Of a stretch of DNA of 64,000 nucleotides, positions 28,429 to 43,059 are shown piece by piece. Positions within the stretch are counted from its first letter, which is position 1. Each line of letters begins with the position of its first letter. Where the stretch lies: assembly GCF_009914755.1 (NCBI RefSeq), contig NC_060939.1; one strand, written 5' to 3'. The DNA comes from the human T2T-CHM13v2.0 reference genome, Homo sapiens. The notes below the pieces were generated by a model that saw only the letters and a program-made list of their open reading frames with translations, searched no databases and had not been told where the DNA came from. The position numbers and the translations under genes were made by a program.

Positions 28429-29783
28429 TTAATAGTCTAATGAGAAAGAGCCCATAGGTCTATATTCAAATGTAAGTGCACATATTCATATTTGATGCTC
28501 AAGTACAATTCTGACACCATCTATGCTTTGTATTGGAGTAGGACAAGCTAGTGTCACCAAACAAGAAAATTAATTCACTCAATCCTTAGTATGCTCATGG
28601 AAACCATACAATTTATTATAAGCATATTGCCAATACAAAGACAAACAAACAGCATGTGTATCCTATTAGATCTAAATCATAGCAGGGAGCCGAGCTGGTA
28701 GAAAAATATAGTGCCTCCAGCCTTATGCATTGTGAGTTGTATTCATAAATGACTTACTGTATACTTGGGTTCCACTCCAGTTTCTTACAATTTACACAGG
28801 ATTATTGTATTATATGTTGTGCCCCTTCCCAAATTGACTATTTCCATAAGAGGCCCATCCATTATGGACCCAGGGGAACACTCAGGACCAGTCCAAGAAT
28901 GCTGTGTCCATAGGGGAAAAAGCAAGTTAAAATCAGTCTCTACCTAAATTCACAAAGAATGCTCGTCCCTAAACGTTAGACACTCCTAAAATCCCACCAA
29001 GAAGAGTCAAAAAGTATGTGACTGGCAGTTTGGAATAGATGATTTAAGCTGTCATGAAGCTGGGGAGCTTAGATGGTTACATCTTTTGCAAGCTTGTCGC
29101 TTCTTAGAATACTTCCCACAGTGTCTAATACACAAACATGCCTTTTATTGAGCATCAGGAAGGGCTGTCTTCTATCCATCACTTGACTTTATTCAGATAA
29201 ATAAAAGAATGCAAAGGGAAACAGTAAAACTGTAGATGTCTAAAAACTTCATTACTCAGATAAGATTTTTTTTTAATTGGGTATTGCAGCATTCATTCAT
29301 GGACCTCCTGCTTTTAAATTTCAATGCACCTTTAGTGATATTTTTCACTTTAGAAATTCTATTCTTCAATCTATGTAGAACAGATGCTTTATATTCCATA
29401 TGGTAACAGGCTAAACAGTTGAAAAGAAATATTCAGTCAACATCACCACAATCAATGGGCATATTTCTTAGAATACAAGATTTTTTTGAAAGTTAGAGAT
29501 AAGCTCTAATAATGGAAGAATTCTATATATTTTGTGGCTGGAATGTAGTAGGCACTGAATAAATATCTGTTAAATGGGAGATAGAAATCAATGTTTCGTG
29601 GCATGTCAGAGAGAGAACACAGGTCTGAACAGGTGATGAGTTTATCACAGTAGAGTTTATTTCTTTATGTGTGTATGCTCAGAAATTCACAGGATAAGAC
29701 TTGAAGCAAATTTTAATAAATTCCATCCTAATATCTGTTTTTATGTGATATTTGTGTAGGGTCAGAACAGGATCAAAGGGAAC

Positions 29784-30311
29784 CTGTTAGGGTTGCTTTT
29801 GGCTGCAACTAACAGAAAACTGCCCCAGTGACCCTAACAGGTAGGGCTTTGGTTCCTGTAGCAAGAAGTTTGGGAGTAGGTTGTACAGACTAGGTGTGGC
29901 AGCTCAATCATGCCACCAGGAACCTAAATTCTTCCATGTTTCTGTTCTGCCAGACGTAGTTTGTAGGCTTTTGCCCTCAATCTTGGCATCTTGTGATTGC
30001 AAGAAAGATGCTTGCCCGCCATGTCTTATGCTAATATTTTAGCAAACAAAAATGAAAGATAAAGGAGTGAAGAGGGAGGCGGGAATGGATGGTGACTATA
30101 TCAGGAAAGCAACAGCTTTCTCATCAATCCCAGCAGATGTCTGCTTACATTTCTTAGAGCAGGACTGTGCCACCTGATTAGGATGCAAGGGAGTCTGGGA
30201 AAACAAGTATTTTTAGCTGGACAGATTGCTGCCTCTCCAAAAAGTCAGGGTCCTATTGAAAAACAAAAGTTAGGAAAGATATTGGATAGGCAACTAGCTG
30301 TGTTTGCTCTA
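29784..30311 (-). mobile_element. MLT1K/L-like MaLR LTR
   Basis: TTTTGGCTGCAACTAACAGAAAAC...GGATGCAAGGGAGTCTGGGAAA...GATATTGGATAGGCAACTAGC. Confidence 0.8.
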
Positions 30312-32224
30312 GGACTGAAGAGAGGAAATTAGTTTAATTACCAGGACATAAAATCTGAGCAGGGCTCTTTCGATTTCACCCTTCTGAAATATAAATTCAG
30401 AATCAGAGTAGTTCTATGGGGTAACAATATAAATGGACATTTTTGTCATGGTTGAGTTAATTCAGACCTTGCAGTTTTCACAATTTGACAAATAGGTGAA
30501 GATTCCTTGATAGATTCTCATCTTGCATTTTTGGCTTAGGGGAAAAAAAAGTTATTGCCTTCATACTGCCCTGAACTTAGTATCTTCTATTCTCTGGATA
30601 AATTTTTAATTTATTTCTCTTTTGAAGAGCATTTTCTATAAATAGTTCCCTGAGAAGTATCACAATGAAATTTGTATCAAAATGTGAATGGTTGACAATA
30701 TTTTTCTATGTTGCCCTATTTGGGGACTATTTACAGTTTAATGGGATAATTGCCAAAAAGTCAATCTCTGCTTTCAGCAGTTACTGAAAGAGTGATTAAA
30801 AGAGATATTTTTGAGTCGAGGACTCTTAACCTCAGTTATTTAGTCACTCATGTGCACAGCTCTCTTTCTTATCTAAGTGTAGGACCTTGTTTTTGTTTAC
30901 CAAGAGTGGCATAAAAGTAATAATAATTTTTCCTTAATACTTGACAATGTGCTGATGGAACAATAACTGTTTTAGCAGATGAGCTATATGAATTATGTGA
31001 TTCCGTGGTTTTATGTTCATAGAAATATAAGTCAATAATGGTCAGGATTTGGAGATGTTCAAATCTTCAATAAGTTTCTGGCTGTTTCTTGAATTCATTG
31101 GTTCTTCATTTTGACAAACCTTTTATTAATATAATGTAAGGAGATATTTGGCAGAAAGGTATAATTTAAACTGATCTGTTATAAATTTAAGAAACTAGCA
31201 AAGGAGGATGAAATAAGTTGTTTCTGAATGAAACAATGGAGACCTGTTGTCAGGTGTTCGTGAGTGTTGTATGTACACCCAGAAAGTCTTTATAATCTTT
31301 AAAACAATTTGTCTTCACCTGCAAACCACACAGCCTTATCATGTATTTACTGCTCACCACCCTACTTTCTCCTATAATTTTGCTTCTCTGCCTGCAGGCT
31401 TAACATTCTTGGCAAAACAGAAAGCTTATGGGAAATATTCATTGACTTCTTCTTGTAGCAATGTTATTTCTGCATAGTAGTCAGGCTAAGGATGCCAGAA
31501 CAACTTCCTTGATTTTACCAGAAGGGCTCTAAGGGACCCTTATACCTCAATATATGAGCAGAAACTCTCATTCTAATATTTCACAGAAATGCATAGAATA
31601 CTCCCTTTACTTGTGTTGTTGGAAGATATTACTTTTACAGAATCAGAGCCTAGGCTCTAGGCATATCTAGACAGGAGGTATCTGAAGGAGCATTGTCTCT
31701 ATTGTTACTTGGTCTAGAACACTCACTTGTCCCCATCCTATTATCTTCCATGCAAGTCCCATTCTAAGGCTGTGTGAAGCCTTTCTCGCTATTGAACTGC
31801 ATAACAGTCCCAGACTTTCTGCCCTGGGATGGGAGTGGGGAAAGAGGATGTATTGGATGAATGTAAATAGGTCTTTTTCAATAATTGTCAAGGGACAAGG
31901 AATGTCAGAGAAGGATTTATTTGCCCACACATGGAGCACGTTGTCCCTGACTGTCCAAAATAATCCTCTTAGTCCCAGAGAATCCTATCCCTCAGGAATG
32001 CCACAGGAATATCCCCAATTAGCAGAATGTAATTACTTGAGTGGGAATCATGTACTAAATGATGAACCTCTCCTCCCAAATGGCATGAGCCTTTGAATAA
32101 TTTAGGAGGCGAGAACAATTAAATACAAGAGGACCATCCTGACAGTAAGGAGATGTTTGTGCTGCACTCATGAACATACATGCTATAAGGAAGGCTAGAA
32201 CTAGAGAAGTGTAACTAGCTTTAA

Positions 32225-32960
32225 AGTGGAATAGAGTTAATATTTGCAATCTATATAAAGCTCATTTAAATACACAGAATGACCTGAAAATCTTAGATAG
32301 ACAAATGAACAAAGGATATGAAAAGGCAACTTATCCAGGAGAAAATAAAACCAGTAGACAAGGAAAATATTCACTCTTATAAGGAATCCAAGATGTTCAG
32401 ATTTAAACAACAACAAGGGCCCATTTCATGTCTTTTAAAGTAAACAAAACTTTAAACAATGATAGTGTGATACAATGATACTGATGAGATTGTGGGGAAG
32501 CCATTATCTATTGCTGGCTGCATTGTAAAACTTTTGGAAATAAATTTGATAATTATATTATAGCAAAACCCTTGAGAAATGTTTTCAACCAGTAATCCTA
32601 AGAAATAACTCAATAAAATAATAAAAACCACATGAACTGAGAATAATTGTTGTATTATCTATAGCTGCAAAGTTTAGAAACAAATATTTAAAAATAGGAT
32701 AATAGTTACAAATTATGAATTATAAAACAATGAAATGTAATTTGTCTTTTACAATGGATGGTCATAATATGCTAGCTAGAATATGATACAGAAAATATGA
32801 CAAAATTTAAATTACGGTATGGATATAACTATGTAAAATATATAACTATACATATGTGCAAACCCTAAAAAGAAATTTATGAAAATGATATCAATGTGTT
32901 AGTGTGGTATGATTTTCAGGGAGTTATTTCATTCTAAAATGTATTTTAATATGATAAAAT
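32225..32960 (+). mobile_element. L1ME-type fragment (ORF2 end/3'UTR)
   Basis: AAATGAACAAAGGATATGAAAAGGCAA...GATGAGATTGTGGGGAA...CTTTTGGAAATAAATTTG; highly decayed. Confidence 0.7.
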
Positions 32961-35607
32961 GTTTAAAGATCTGTAATGAGTTCACTGAGGAGCCTTAACT
33001 TGTTGAGGGATAAACATGGAATAGATTTATTTTTCTGATAACTTTGTGCAATGCTGACCTCTCTGATTTTTGCTGAGGTGCTACCTTCAATTCCATGACT
33101 TTCCAATCACTTGTCAGAACAGTCTCTCTGGTTTTTTAAACTCAGTGTTGTGTGTTTTGCAGATTTCATTTTACATTCAATTCAAAACCTTCCCCTTTCC
33201 CTCTATATTCAGTTATATTTATGGCTCATTTTCCTTCCCTCTTTCCTGCACTTCTCTGGTGGACATAGCTTCCTTTCTTACCTGTTTCCCTTCAAGAGGC
33301 TGTTCTCTATTTATGCTTACTGGCCATCATTCTTCTCTGCTTTCTTGGAGGGCCTGGTAATGCCCTCTCCATAATCTCCTGGAATGAGAGCTTCAGGTTG
33401 GTGTTAATCTTTTTCCCTCTCACAGCCACATACTGTATAGTTTCTTACTGGTGGGGTCCCCTTGGTTTGTACAACAGGCTTAGAGAGTTGATACTGGCAA
33501 GAGAGGTCAAGCCCAGCCATTTAACTCATGGTCTACATAGAAAATCATGGATCATGGTCCATATTTAACAGTGAATTACAGGCTGTCTCACTGCCTTTTC
33601 TCATACACCACATTCCTCTTGCCCTTTCTTCACACTCAGCATCAGCTGAGTAGCCTGGAAAGTAGCCTGGAAACTTTTAAATAAATTATCAGCAGTTGAC
33701 AACTTAGCGGCAGGCAGGACTATTCCAGCAATCATTGAGAATAATTCTACTGGGCCCTTCCTCTACTTTGGCAAGAAGAAGTATGCCATCAGCCCTACTC
33801 CATGGGAAAGCAATTGCCTTCATTTTCAACTTTCCCATATCAAGTCTTTCTTTTGTATTGATTAAGGTGGTTGTGTTGGTGGTCTTTATGGTTACATTAG
33901 AAGAGTGTCTCTCTGTAAGTCCTAGAAGGAATATACTGGCTCTAATTACTGGTGTCTCTTTGAACTTAGAACATCAAGTATTTAGATGCCAGTTCTAGTT
34001 CTCACCTTACCATGTAAAAACAGAATTATCATTAAAAGATAGTTTAAGTGTGTTTAGTTTATAGGACCAGGGGAATAAACAAGGTGCACTCTTACTACAA
34101 AATATACTAAACATCATCAATATTTGTTGTCTGGTTGATTAAGTGTTTTTTGAAAAATACCCCAAAACAATAACTGAAAATTGTAGAAAGCATCTTAACC
34201 TAGTCACACATATGATTTATTTTCAGAGTTACCGTCATTAAGTCCATCTGCTGAAAATCCTCCCTCTCTCCAAAACAACTGCCTTGCATATATCCTCTTC
34301 TACTTGGGCTAAAATTGTCACTATTATGGGTTGGGGAGGGAGGTTGGAAGAGAAGAGGAAGAGAACAAGAATAATGGAGTAGTTGGGAAGACAGGGCATC
34401 CAAAAAAAAACTTTACTTACTTCACATTTTACCAGGGCCCAGCAATATTGCTCACATGATAATCAGTAGGAATTTTGTTTCCTTTTCAAATTGATTAATG
34501 AGTACTTATTAACTCACAGGCAATTAAAGGGCCAGTGGGCACAAATTCTCCGTATTTTCAGTAAATGCCGTTATTGCCTAACACTAAATAATATAGAGAC
34601 TACTATTTTTAATCTTTACCACTAATTAGAAGACAATGGCACAACTTCAAATCAATCAATTCTTCACAGCTAAAAATGGAAGTACTTGTTAGAGTAAAAG
34701 CCGATGAAGGAGAGAGAGAGTGCCAGAAAGAGAGAGAGAGATTTTCTTTTGTTGTTCCTGTTTATGAACTTCTAAAAGTTAGAAATATTTCACCTAAATC
34801 TTTTTATTTTAACTCAAAATGTTATTCTATTGGGGTTATTTATCTAGATTCCAACAAACACTGTCAATTTTTTCTTATGGATTTTGTTTGAGACGTACAT
34901 CACAGGTAGATATGTTTTTAAGTCGATCAATTTGACATATTAGCTTAAAATACAGCCTGTCCCTTAAGACTCAATGTCTTTGAAAATAGGAAGCTTGAGG
35001 TTGAAATCACTTAAGGCTGAGTTAGAAAAATGGCCTATATTAAAGTCAGTAAGCTTGTTTTTCTTTTGATCATGTGTAAACAGAAAATCATGTCTCACAG
35101 GTGAAATTGTGTATTATCAACCTGCCTTTCCATTGTTCTTACATTCTGAAATGAAAGCCACTAATGATGATTCTTTATTTAGAGCTATGTGTTCGTTTTA
35201 CTAGACTGTCTTTAAAATAATATATAATTGGATTCAGTAGATTCAGTAAAACATGAAAAAATACATGCTAGACAAATCTATAGTAGCTGCAGAAATCTAT
35301 AGCAAATACAAAAATCTAGAGTAAATTGACACTGGAAGGACAAGAGCTAAAGGGTCTGTTGACTGTAAATTTTGATATGTGCACAATGCCTACCTCCAGA
35401 AATAATAGCCAAACAGCATAATGAAACATAAGCTTCAAATGGGCCAAGTGAACAAGCATTTGACTTTTCTTGAAAATGATATAGGCTCAGTTATCTGTTT
35501 AATCACCATTAATTTTGCATTTAACTGCCAACTGCCTTGTTTTCTATTTAAGTTTAAACATACATAAAGCTTTTCTTTTCCATTATATTTCTTTTCAATT
35601 TCTACAG

Positions 35608-35650
35608 TGATCATTTTGCATCACAAAAGGAATTTAAAGAGTAATGCAAG
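35608..35650 (+). other. Candidate small exon (43 nt; alternative end 35671)
   Basis: Long polypyrimidine acceptor CTTTTCTTTTCCATTATATTTCTTTTCAATTTCTACAG; donors AAG|GTACGC or AAG|GTCAGT. Confidence 0.25.
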
Positions 35651-37438
35651 GTACGCCTCCTAAGCCACAAGGTCAGTCTCTTCTGGTGGTGTTCTGTTTA
35701 TTTGTGTCTTACCTTGAATTCCATGTCGTCTTGGACACTTTTCTCCTTCTGTAAACTTATGATGTCTCATTACAACTTTGCTGAACTTGTGGCACTTAGA
35801 CATGACTTCTTTCCTAGCTTTAGTTCAATTGTTCACCCCATGACTTGGAGTAACAAGTAACAAATTAGTAGCTTATTTAATAGGGATAAAGACTGATAGT
35901 CTCACTCATGCTCTTTTTACTGGGAGTCAGTAGGCAGGAAGCTAAAATTAGCTCAGTTTTGTCAAATTGATTTGAGTTCATCCATGGTAAAATGAAATCT
36001 AATATTTTCCTTCCTCCTACATGGTTAGAAATTTTGGTTCTCAGCAGGTGTTGAATTTAAATAGTAAGAACAAATGGAAGCCACAGCTATGGCTCTGAGA
36101 ACAATTATATAGGTCCTTGAAAATCCATTTCCAATCTATATTAAAAAAGAAATGTTATTTTGCAGCAATGAGGAATTAAAGTCTGCTGAAATTATTTTTT
36201 TTTCTGCTTCAAGAAATCAGTCCAGAAATCCCAAACTTTTGTAAGTCATGGTCTTCTTTGAAACCACATTTCCCTTATGTTTCACATTGTCATTGCATGA
36301 ATTCTGTTACTTTGATGTCCTCAATAATTTATTACTTTTTGCATTTTTCTTATGACACAGACCACAGAGCTATAAGAAACTGACCATTGCATTTCACGTG
36401 ACTTGGGCTTAAAATATGATAAAGGAAAAGAGTAAAAGTTGTCATGGTATCTTATATTAAAAAAGGTATTCTATGTAACAAAGCTTATTAAATTCAATGA
36501 GCTTCTCTGTAAAATAATGACCTTTTTATCAAATTTTATATAATGAATATTTTTCTGCAATGAAATTCTACTTGTTTCTCTCTTATAATCACTATCACTA
36601 AGCAACAGACTTATTTGCTGCTTGCAATAATGAGATACAGATGAATTCATTATAATTGTTTCATCCCACCATCCAACAACAGTTACAAATAAACTCTCCT
36701 AAAGTTTTTGCTCTTTAATTACCAAAAAAAGTTCAGCCAGAAAAAAGACTCAAATACCTAAAGTTTGATTTCACTGACCCCGAACAATTACAGTAACTAA
36801 AACTAAAAATGGCAGATACTACGCAACATCTTCCACTTTTCCTGGCAGAAAACCTTCTTTTCCTCACAAGCTAATTCAAAGTATGAATCCTATAAGATTC
36901 TTTTCATCTTTACCACTTGCTGATGGCAAACTGAATTTTAAGTAAGACTCCCTTATGAAGCAATTGTGATGCCTCATGCAGTTTGTTATACTTTTGAACT
37001 ATAGCAACCTGGTAACATAGGTGAAAGCCCATAATGATTGTGAGCATGTGTGTGTGTGTGTGCGATTTTATGATGCATGGGTTTTTATTGTTCCTATCTT
37101 TGTGTCACTGTGTACCCAAAGATACTGTCACTGTTCTTCTCCCCACCAGAAGTCAGAAGCATAACACCTCTTTGTAATCTTAAAAACAGTCATACTTTCT
37201 ATAAATATTCAAAATACAATCGCTTACCTGGATTAATAGAAAATATTTTAAAAGACTCCAAAATTGGAAACTAGGTCAGTCCCTATTCTCTTTCAAATTT
37301 TGGAAAATAAATGAGATTGGAAAAACACCAAGGCACACAGAAAAATTCATATTCTATCAAGGTCAAGCACAACCACCTACTTGGAGCTCAGCATGATGCT
37401 ATCACTCCTGAGCCTTTTCCCCTACTTCTAATATTTTC

Positions 37439-37727
37439 CTTTTTTTTGAGATGGAGTCTAGATCTGTCACCCAGGCTACAGTGCAGTGGCATGATCTCAG
37501 CTGACTGCAACCTCTGCCTCCCGGGTTCAAGCAATTCTTGTGCCTCAGCCTCCTGAGTAGCTGGAATTACAGGCATGTGCCACCATGCTGACTAATTTTT
37601 GTATTTTTAGTAGAGATGGGGTTTCCTCTTGTTGGCCAAGCTCGTGTCGAACTCCTGGCCTCAAGTGATCTGCTTACCTCAGCTTCCCAAAGTGCTGGGA
37701 TTACAGGTCTGAGCCCCTGTGGCTGGC
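37439..37727 (-). mobile_element. AluS/Jb (Sz-like)
   Basis: Full dimer in reverse; TSD CTTCTAATATTTTC at 37425-37438 and 37733-37746. Confidence 0.95.
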
Positions 37728-37899
37728 ACCATCTTCTAATATTTTCTAATACTGAAATCCTAAGCAATGGAAAGCAACATGATAGGGGACTTCACATTCT
37801 TTAAGGACCCTTGATCGTTCTGTCTCATTTGTTATGGATTTCAAATTTTTATTTTGCCTGTTGAACATCAATTATTAGTTATCATTAGTTTTCTATGGC

Positions 37900-39130
<1,231 letters not shown>

Positions 39131-39361
39131 TGGTTGTTTTCTCTCTCACTCTGGACTTATTCACTTCTCTAGAAAATTTGAAGACTCATCCACCGGGATC
39201 CTGCTTAGCAAATATTCATGTACTTTCTTATGTTTTCCACTCTTGTATTTATTTTAGGATTATGTGACTAGTTCTAGCTAAAAGGCTATGAGTGGAAGTA
39301 ACATGTATCACTCTGAGTCCAAAAAACAGTTAAGTGTTTATGTGAGATAGTCATGTTTTCT

Positions 39362-40069
39362 TTTCTTTTTAAATATTGTTTATTCATTTATTTTAGAATA
39401 AGGGGGTACATGTGCAGGTTTGTTAGATGAATATATTGCATGATGCGGAGGTTTGGGATTTTCTTGATCATGTAGCCCAAGTAGTGAACATAGAACCCAA
39501 TGGGTAGTTTTTTCAATATTCCCCTCCCCCTCCCTTTCAGAATTCCCAGTTTTTATTTCTCCTATCTTTGTATCCCTGTGTACCTAATGTTTAGCTCCTG
39601 CTTTTAAGTGAGAACATGTAGTATTTTGTTTTTCGTTTCCACATTAATTCACTTAGGATAATGGCCTCTAGCTGCATTCATGCTGCTGCAAAGGACATGA
39701 TTTTGTTATTTTTATAGCTGCATAGTATTTTATGGTGTATACATACTACATTTTCTTTGTCGAGTCCACTGTTGATGGCCACCAGAGTTGATTCCATATC
39801 TTTGTTATTGTGAATAGTGCTGTGATAAACATACATGTGCTGGTTTCTTTTTGGTGGAATGATTTCTTTCCTTTTGAATATATATCTAGTAATGAGATTG
39901 TTGGGTGGAATGGTAATTCCATTTTTAGTTCTTTGAGAAATCTCCAAACTGTTTTCCACAGAGGCTAAACTAATTTGCATTCCTACCAACCTTTTTTTCT
40001 GCAACCTCGCCAACATCTATTTTTTTGACTTCTGAATAATAGCCATTCTAACTGGTGTGAGATGATATA
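39362..40069 (-). mobile_element. L1PA(old)/L1PB 3' fragment
   Basis: GGGGTACATGTGCAGGTTTGTTA...AAGTGAGAACATG...AGCCATTCTAACTGGTGTGAGATG; 17-bp TSD AGATAG(T/C)CATGTTTTCT at 39345-39361 and 40070-40086. Confidence 0.92.
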
Positions 40070-40114
40070 AGATAGCCATGTTTTCTATCTCATCAATGAA
40101 CATAAAGAACACTG

Positions 40115-40355
40115 CCTTAACTGATGACATTATCGTGTGAAATTCCTTCTCCTGGCTCATCCTGGCTCAAAAGATCCCCTACTGAGTACCTTGTGACCCC
40201 CACTCCTGCCCGCCAGAGAACAACCCCCTTTGACTATAATTTTCCTTTACCTACCCAAATCTTATAAAACGGCCCCACCCCTATCTCCCTTCGCTGAATC
40301 TCAGCCCGCCTGCACCTAGGTGAAATAAACAGCCTTGTTGCTCAAAAAAAAAAAA
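40115..40355 (+). mobile_element. Partial HERV-H LTR7 (U3-R only) ending in poly(A); probable L1-mediated retrocopy
   Basis: CCTTAACTGATGACATT...GGCTCATCCTGGCTCAAAAG...TATAAAACGGCCCCACCCCTATCTCCCTTCGCTGA...GAAATAAACAGCCTTGTTGCTC followed by A12; flanks AAAGAACACTG / AAGGAGCACTG. Confidence 0.88.
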
Positions 40356-41369
40356 GGAGCACTGAATTGGCAGAGGTACTATATCAAATCATCTCAGACT
40401 CCCAAGTCACTGCTGGATGACAGTTGCCAAGGAGAATCATCTGACCTGCATTAGAGTGTGCTGTGAATGTCGAATAAAACTTTGTTGTGTAAATCTGTTG
40501 ATATTTTGGGTTGATTTGGTACTGTCACTTGCCCTAACTAGTATACTACCTGCCACCTCATCTAATGGGAGTGTATCAGGGTAAGTGGCAGTACCAACTT
40601 ATATAACTAAGTATCATATTATAACTTGGTTCACCATCCCCATGCGGAACTGAGTTATAAAATGATGATTCAAAGTTATACCTTAATGATATTTGGGATA
40701 CTGAAGATTCATTCACTAAGCCAAAAGGCAAGTTTTTCAGTTACTATAAGGCTGATGTCATCCCAATTCCCTGGGCCTAATGCCTTTTTAAATTCCAAGC
40801 ACCAATCAGCAGAAATTCCCTTAACCTTTGCCTACAAGTTGTGAAGCTTGCCCTTCATCTGGAGTACTTTAGGCTTCTGAAATGGAACTGCCTGCTGCCA
40901 GTGTGCTTCTGGACCTGATGCCCAGCAAGCCAGGGGCTTCAGCTCTACTTACCACTATGAATTTTTGGTCTACATAGATGCTTATTTAAAAAAATATATA
41001 GCTAAGTATTTTTTTTTCTTTTTATACTTGCTATGCATTTAGAGTAGAGGGGTATGCCAAATCATGAATTTACTTCACTAGCTTGATTTGAAGACATTCT
41101 AAGTGCAATGCTCCAATGTGGAGTTTGGAGATTGGTATTCATGAAAAACTATGGTGGTTCATGTACGCCTTCTCAGATATCTGTGGGGGTGGAAGAATAT
41201 GCAATTGTTGCTGGTCATTACTTCTGAAATCATTTATAAATGGGCTTTATGAAGTTCTTGGCTTTCGATATGTATTTACTATCAGTTGTCCATTTCACAC
41301 TCTGACAACTTTTATGATGCTTTTTAGAGATGTTTTGGAACCTCTGTTGGAAACAATAAGCTAGGCTAG

Positions 41370-41743
41370 TGTATTAGTCCATTTTCACACTGCCAATAAA
41401 GACATACCCAAGACTAGGCAATTTACAAAAGAAAGAGGTTTATTGGACTTACAGTTCCATGTGGCTGGGAAGGCCTCACAATCATGGTGGAAGGTGAAAG
41501 GCAAGGAGGAGCAAGTCATGTCTTACAGGGATGGCAGCAGGTAAAGAGAGAGCTTGTGTAGGGAACTCCTGTTTTAAAACCATCAGATCTTGTTAGACTC
41601 ATTCACTATCACGAGAACAGTGCAGGAAAGACCCACTCACATAGTTCAATTACCTCCCACTGGGTTCCTTCCACAACACGTGGGAATTGTGGAAGTTACA
41701 ATTCAAGATGAGATTTGGGTGGGAAGACAGCAAAACCATATCA
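41370..41743 (-). mobile_element. THE1 (THE1B-like) solo LTR
   Basis: TGTATTAGTCCATTTTCACACTGC...AACCATATCA; 5-bp TSD GCTAG on both sides. Confidence 0.95.
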
Positions 41744-42056
41744 GCTAGTGATTATCAAACTTGACTGATATATGGCCTGGTGGAAAAATGTCAAGAATGC
41801 TTAATGTTGATTTAAATTATTTTTATTATTATCATTAATTTACTTAAATATGTACAAACATAAAACTAGCATCTTATGATTAGACCTCAGATACAACTAT
41901 AAAGCCAAAACAAATTTATATATTAAATACAAATAAAACTATAAAACTAATATGATTCACAGTAACACATTTATTTTAATGTGACAGATGATACTGCTTT
42001 GCTAGAACCAAATTGATACTTGAAATATAAACATATTAATGACTATTGAGGTTCAT

Positions 42057-42532
42057 TGTATTAGATAGATCATGGCAGAAAATGAATGGCATTTCAGTAC
42101 TTAAAGAGGATTTAAAAAAGGAAATATGTACAAAGGTACAGACTGGCTTAGAAGAAACTAAAGAGGGTTGAGAAACAGCAACAGTGAAGAGCCATTATGA
42201 TCTGTAAGGCTGTAGAAGCAAATGAAGAAACAATGATCAGAACAGAGAGAGTGTGGCTGCAGGGATAGAGGAAAAACTTAGAAAATCTATGATTTTTGTA
42301 AAAGGGGCATAATTAACTTATAGGAACACACCCAAGAGGAAACCAGCAAAATAAATGCCCTGACCTCACTATTGTCACTCTTCAGCCTCCTGCTATAGAT
42401 CCCCATTTACTGAACCTAACCAAAAAAGAAAAACAAAACAGAGTATGAGAAAGCCTCTTGATGAAGATCATGGGCACATAATAAAAAGAGTAGGATAGAG
42501 GAAGTAGTCTGGAGAGGTAAGGGAAAACATTC
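42057..42532 (-). mobile_element. LTR33-like LTR
   Basis: AAATAAATGCCCTGACCTCACT...CCTCCTGCTATAGATCCCCATTTACTGAACCTAACCA; same family pattern as 6139-6625. Confidence 0.6.
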
Positions 42533-43059
42533 ATTCAAGTTCATTCAGTATTCATTCATTCAATATGTGCTACAAGGTACTCTGTGATGACACGATTCTC
42601 CCACAACTTAAAAAAAATTAAAATAAGTATAAAAATGTTTGCTCTTCCCTAGGTATGAATACAAATTTACATTTAAAGTCTCTTTTATTTTTCCTTATTA
42701 GTCCATTACAATTTAAATTGTAATTGATATCAATACAATGATAAAACAGAAGGAAGGCTAGAGCACTGAAATTTGTGGTAATATCCAATTATAATATGGT
42801 TATCTAGCTGATCCTAAATATGCATTTTAAAAATATCACCAAATGAATACAAAACATTTTCTAAATGTTAAAACAAAACAAGCAAACAACATCAACAGAA
42901 TCTTCAAGGAGAACTTTAAATTGTGCCAATATATTCACCCCCTCTGAGTTCATGGAGCTCATTTGAGAATACTTGAACTAAGCCTTTTATGCTTCAATAT
43001 GGATAAATTTTCTGTGCTCTGAAACAACCGGCATGTAACTGCTAGAGAAATCTACCTAA

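Larger units (their letters stand above)
39200..40550 (+). mobile_element. MLT1H/I/J-like LTR split by L1 and LTR7 insertions
   Basis: ATGTGACTAGTTCTAGCTAAAAGGCTATGAGTGGAAGTAAC before the insertions; GAATAAAACTTTGTTGTGTAA...TTTGGTACTG after them. Confidence 0.7.

Noticed and set aside
33802-33838. Head-to-head TGGGAA / TTCCCA (RBPJ-like) inverted repeat
   Set aside because: The spacer is 23 bp, outside the 15-17 bp required for Notch sequence-paired sites.
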